64,000 bases of DNA, from the NCBI GenBank assembly GCA_000320545.1, contig ADNK01000241.1, positions 37,728 to 101,727 on the forward strand, given 5' to 3'. Position numbers and translations under genes: made by a program. Under the pieces are notes generated by a model that saw only the letters and a list, made by a program, of their open reading frames with translations, made no database searches and was not told the DNA's origin. Positions 55,239 to 64,000 of the stretch are shown here, in pieces. Origin of the DNA: Bigelowiella natans CCMP2755. Taxonomy: Eukaryota; Protista; Cercozoa. Position 1 is the first letter of the stretch. Each line of letters begins with the position of its first letter.

Positions 55239-56340
55239 CACCATGACAAAGCGACCATTGAATGTTGACAGGAAATGGCCTTCATGCATGTGTTCGGTGG
55301 GTTGCTGAACAACGAGTCATCATTGCAGTTGCTTGCTGCACAAGACTCTCTGTGCATGCACGACCACGTCACCGGAGTTGGTCTTGCTTGCAGCATGTGC
55401 GACAATGAAAATGATGAAGATGAATCTAGTGAATTGATGATGACGATGGTGGTGATCATGATGATGATGATGATGATGATGATGATTCTTTTCAGTGTTT
55501 CGTTCATTCATTCAAACGAATCATCCCTGAATTGGAATGACTTTGTGATTCATTCACGTCAGCAGCGCCGCGTGTTGTCTGTGCATCACGTTGAATGCCA
55601 AATTGTGATCAACGTTTGTTCAGTGCGTTGCACGCGTTCACTCACACTCCGTCCGTGCACACGCTGAACGCCAAGCACGCACGTTTGCCGCGCTGCGAAA
55701 ATCGCCAACGGAACTGCTGATCTGAGGCTCCATCGCCACCACACCAATCCCATTTCCTGTTTGTGCCGGTCGGTGCAACAAAGCATGCATGAATCATTGA
55801 CCCAAAACTGATTTTTGTGGTTTGATCGGGCCAGCAGGCACCGCCGCCCACTGCCCCAGCACCAGCAGCACTGTTGGACTGAGCAGCACGTCTCACGCTC
55901 GCAGTGTCTTCTCGCTTGTGGAGCTGCTTCCCACAATTACGTGTCCACAATTCCCTGTCAGCACGCATGCACAGCCGATGCACAACAGACACAGCAATGC
56001 ACCACATGTGTCACAGTCACATGCATTGTGCATTGCATGTCCATCACATGTGCGAACCGAACAGCCAACAAATTTCGTGGCATGATGCTGCTAGCTAGAT
56101 GGCTGCTAGCGACATGCAGCAGTGCACAGTCACACATTGATCCAATCATGCGATTCATCGGACTCATCCATCCATGCTAGCATAGCATGTGTTTGCAGAC
56201 CGAATTGTCAAGCGTGGCACATGGCTAGCTGGCTAGCTGTGATGGATGCAGCTCTGGAGCTCGCTTACGTGTCCTGCTAGGCATCTGCAGCAGGGATCTG
56301 CCAGTTGCGCAGCAACGGCAACTGTGGGATTCTGATGTGC
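55239..56340 (+). pseudogene. Hypermutated (TpA-depleted) gene fragment containing a degenerate Kelch-repeat exon
   Basis: The exon after ttgacag (55272) reads EMAFMHVFGG...DSLCMHDHVTG. This matches Kelch YVFGG...LYxYD if CAT/TGC/CAC are reverted to TAT/TAC. Only 2 TpA occur in 55239-56091. Confidence 0.65.
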
Positions 56341-56440
56341 TATTCAACATCATCAACGCACAGCTGCACATAGTTTGCTTTCGCGAAGATGTTCTGATAG
56401 TTGCTCTAATGAGTAATGATTTGTGTTCCGTTTTGGTGCA

Positions 56441-60745
<4,305 letters not shown>

Positions 60746-61594
60746 TTTTGCCACCAGATTTCTCTTCTTTCCTGCCCTCTCTCTCGTGTAGTTGGAAACT
60801 GCCAGAGCTGAGGAACAAATCATCGAGAAAATTCTTACATCGTGCCAATGCTTTCGATGTGACTCATAAGCTTTATCCCTGGGGAAATCATTGACACAAG
60901 GGTGAATCCAAATTCCGGTATGGAAACTAGAATACCCAGGCCAAGATAAAACAGGGAAAAATCTTTGTATGATGGAAAGAGATACAAAGTTGTTAATAAG
61001 AATGTCGCAAAACCTCCGGGGGGGGGAAGGGAAGGTGAGTTCTTGGGCTAAAATCGGGAAAGTCAGACTACGTTTGAAAGGAGCAAAGCCCATAGTGCGA
61101 CAACATCTAAGTGACGTCGCACCTACGATAATACAGGGGATTAGAGAAACGAAAAAGTTTGTTGCTTTGCTCACCTCGCATCAAAATGAGTTCAAGCTGG
61201 GAAAGGAAGGGTTCTATGCAACAAAATTTGTGGCTAAATGCCCAGAAAATACACCACAACTGTATTAGAAGAGAGAGTGAAACACACGTAAATCTACGAG
61301 CCATCTGGCTAAAAGACTGTACGAGGAATTTCCTATTTTCCAATGAGAAATACGAAAACGTGCCCGAATTGCCCGTGACTCGGAAAACCATGATGCCTGC
61401 TTCTAAGATTTCGGGAATTGCCGTCAAGTCGCCTGAAAGAAAACCCAAGTCGAACCCAAGTAATTTGAACATAGGAATTGTCGTAGGAAAAATACTGGCG
61501 ACAACAACATAAACATGTCGTCGTATAGTGAAGTAGTCGGTAGGTATTTCTTTCCAAACACAAAGAAGTCGTTCGACCGTTCGCTCGCCAAAGA
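60746..61594. promoter_or_regulatory. Divergent intergenic/promoter region between RhoGAP (-) and PPH (+)
   Basis: SSR-free, AT-richer spacer between outward-facing starts. Confidence 0.45.

Positions 61595-64000
<2,406 letters not shown>

Noticed and set aside
55239-56091. CpG-methylation decay as the cause of the TG/CA excess
   Set aside because: CpG is abundant in the block. The missing dinucleotide is TpA.
55586-56180. Cys/His-rich ORFs on both strands as zinc-finger or overlapping genes
   Set aside because: They are open only because TAA/TAG are absent, and they show no regular metal-binding spacing.

Overview
Gene-dense, intron-rich eukaryotic nuclear DNA with microsatellite-laden introns. 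A pheophytinase with a signal peptide plus transit-peptide-like leader points to an alga with a secondary green plastid, most likely a chlorarachniophyte (inference). Splicing exons by hand gives nine protein genes: UTP10/HEATR1 (-, partial); a PTEN-like pseudophosphatase-C2-MIU-RING-H2 protein (+); a large F-box-like protein (-); an orphan secreted protein (+); a pectin-acetylesterase/Notum-ABCG transporter fusion (-); a myristoylated EF-hand/UBA-like PI3-kinase (+); a multi-pass receptor-like membrane protein (-); a RhoGAP (-); and pheophytinase PPH (+, partial). The most striking non-genic signal is a sharply bounded ~1.1 kb block (55239-56340) from which TpA has been almost erased, with most survivors in CTAG. 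It contains a Kelch-repeat exon whose consensus tyrosines read His/Cys. This suggests a RIP-like but opposite-direction TpA->TpG/CpA hypermutation system. CTAG-rich islands and a recurrent CATGCTAGCATG palindrome in other intergenic spacers may be older products of the same process. No tRNA, rRNA, CRISPR or intact transposon was recognised. All exon joins are manual and unverified by transcripts.
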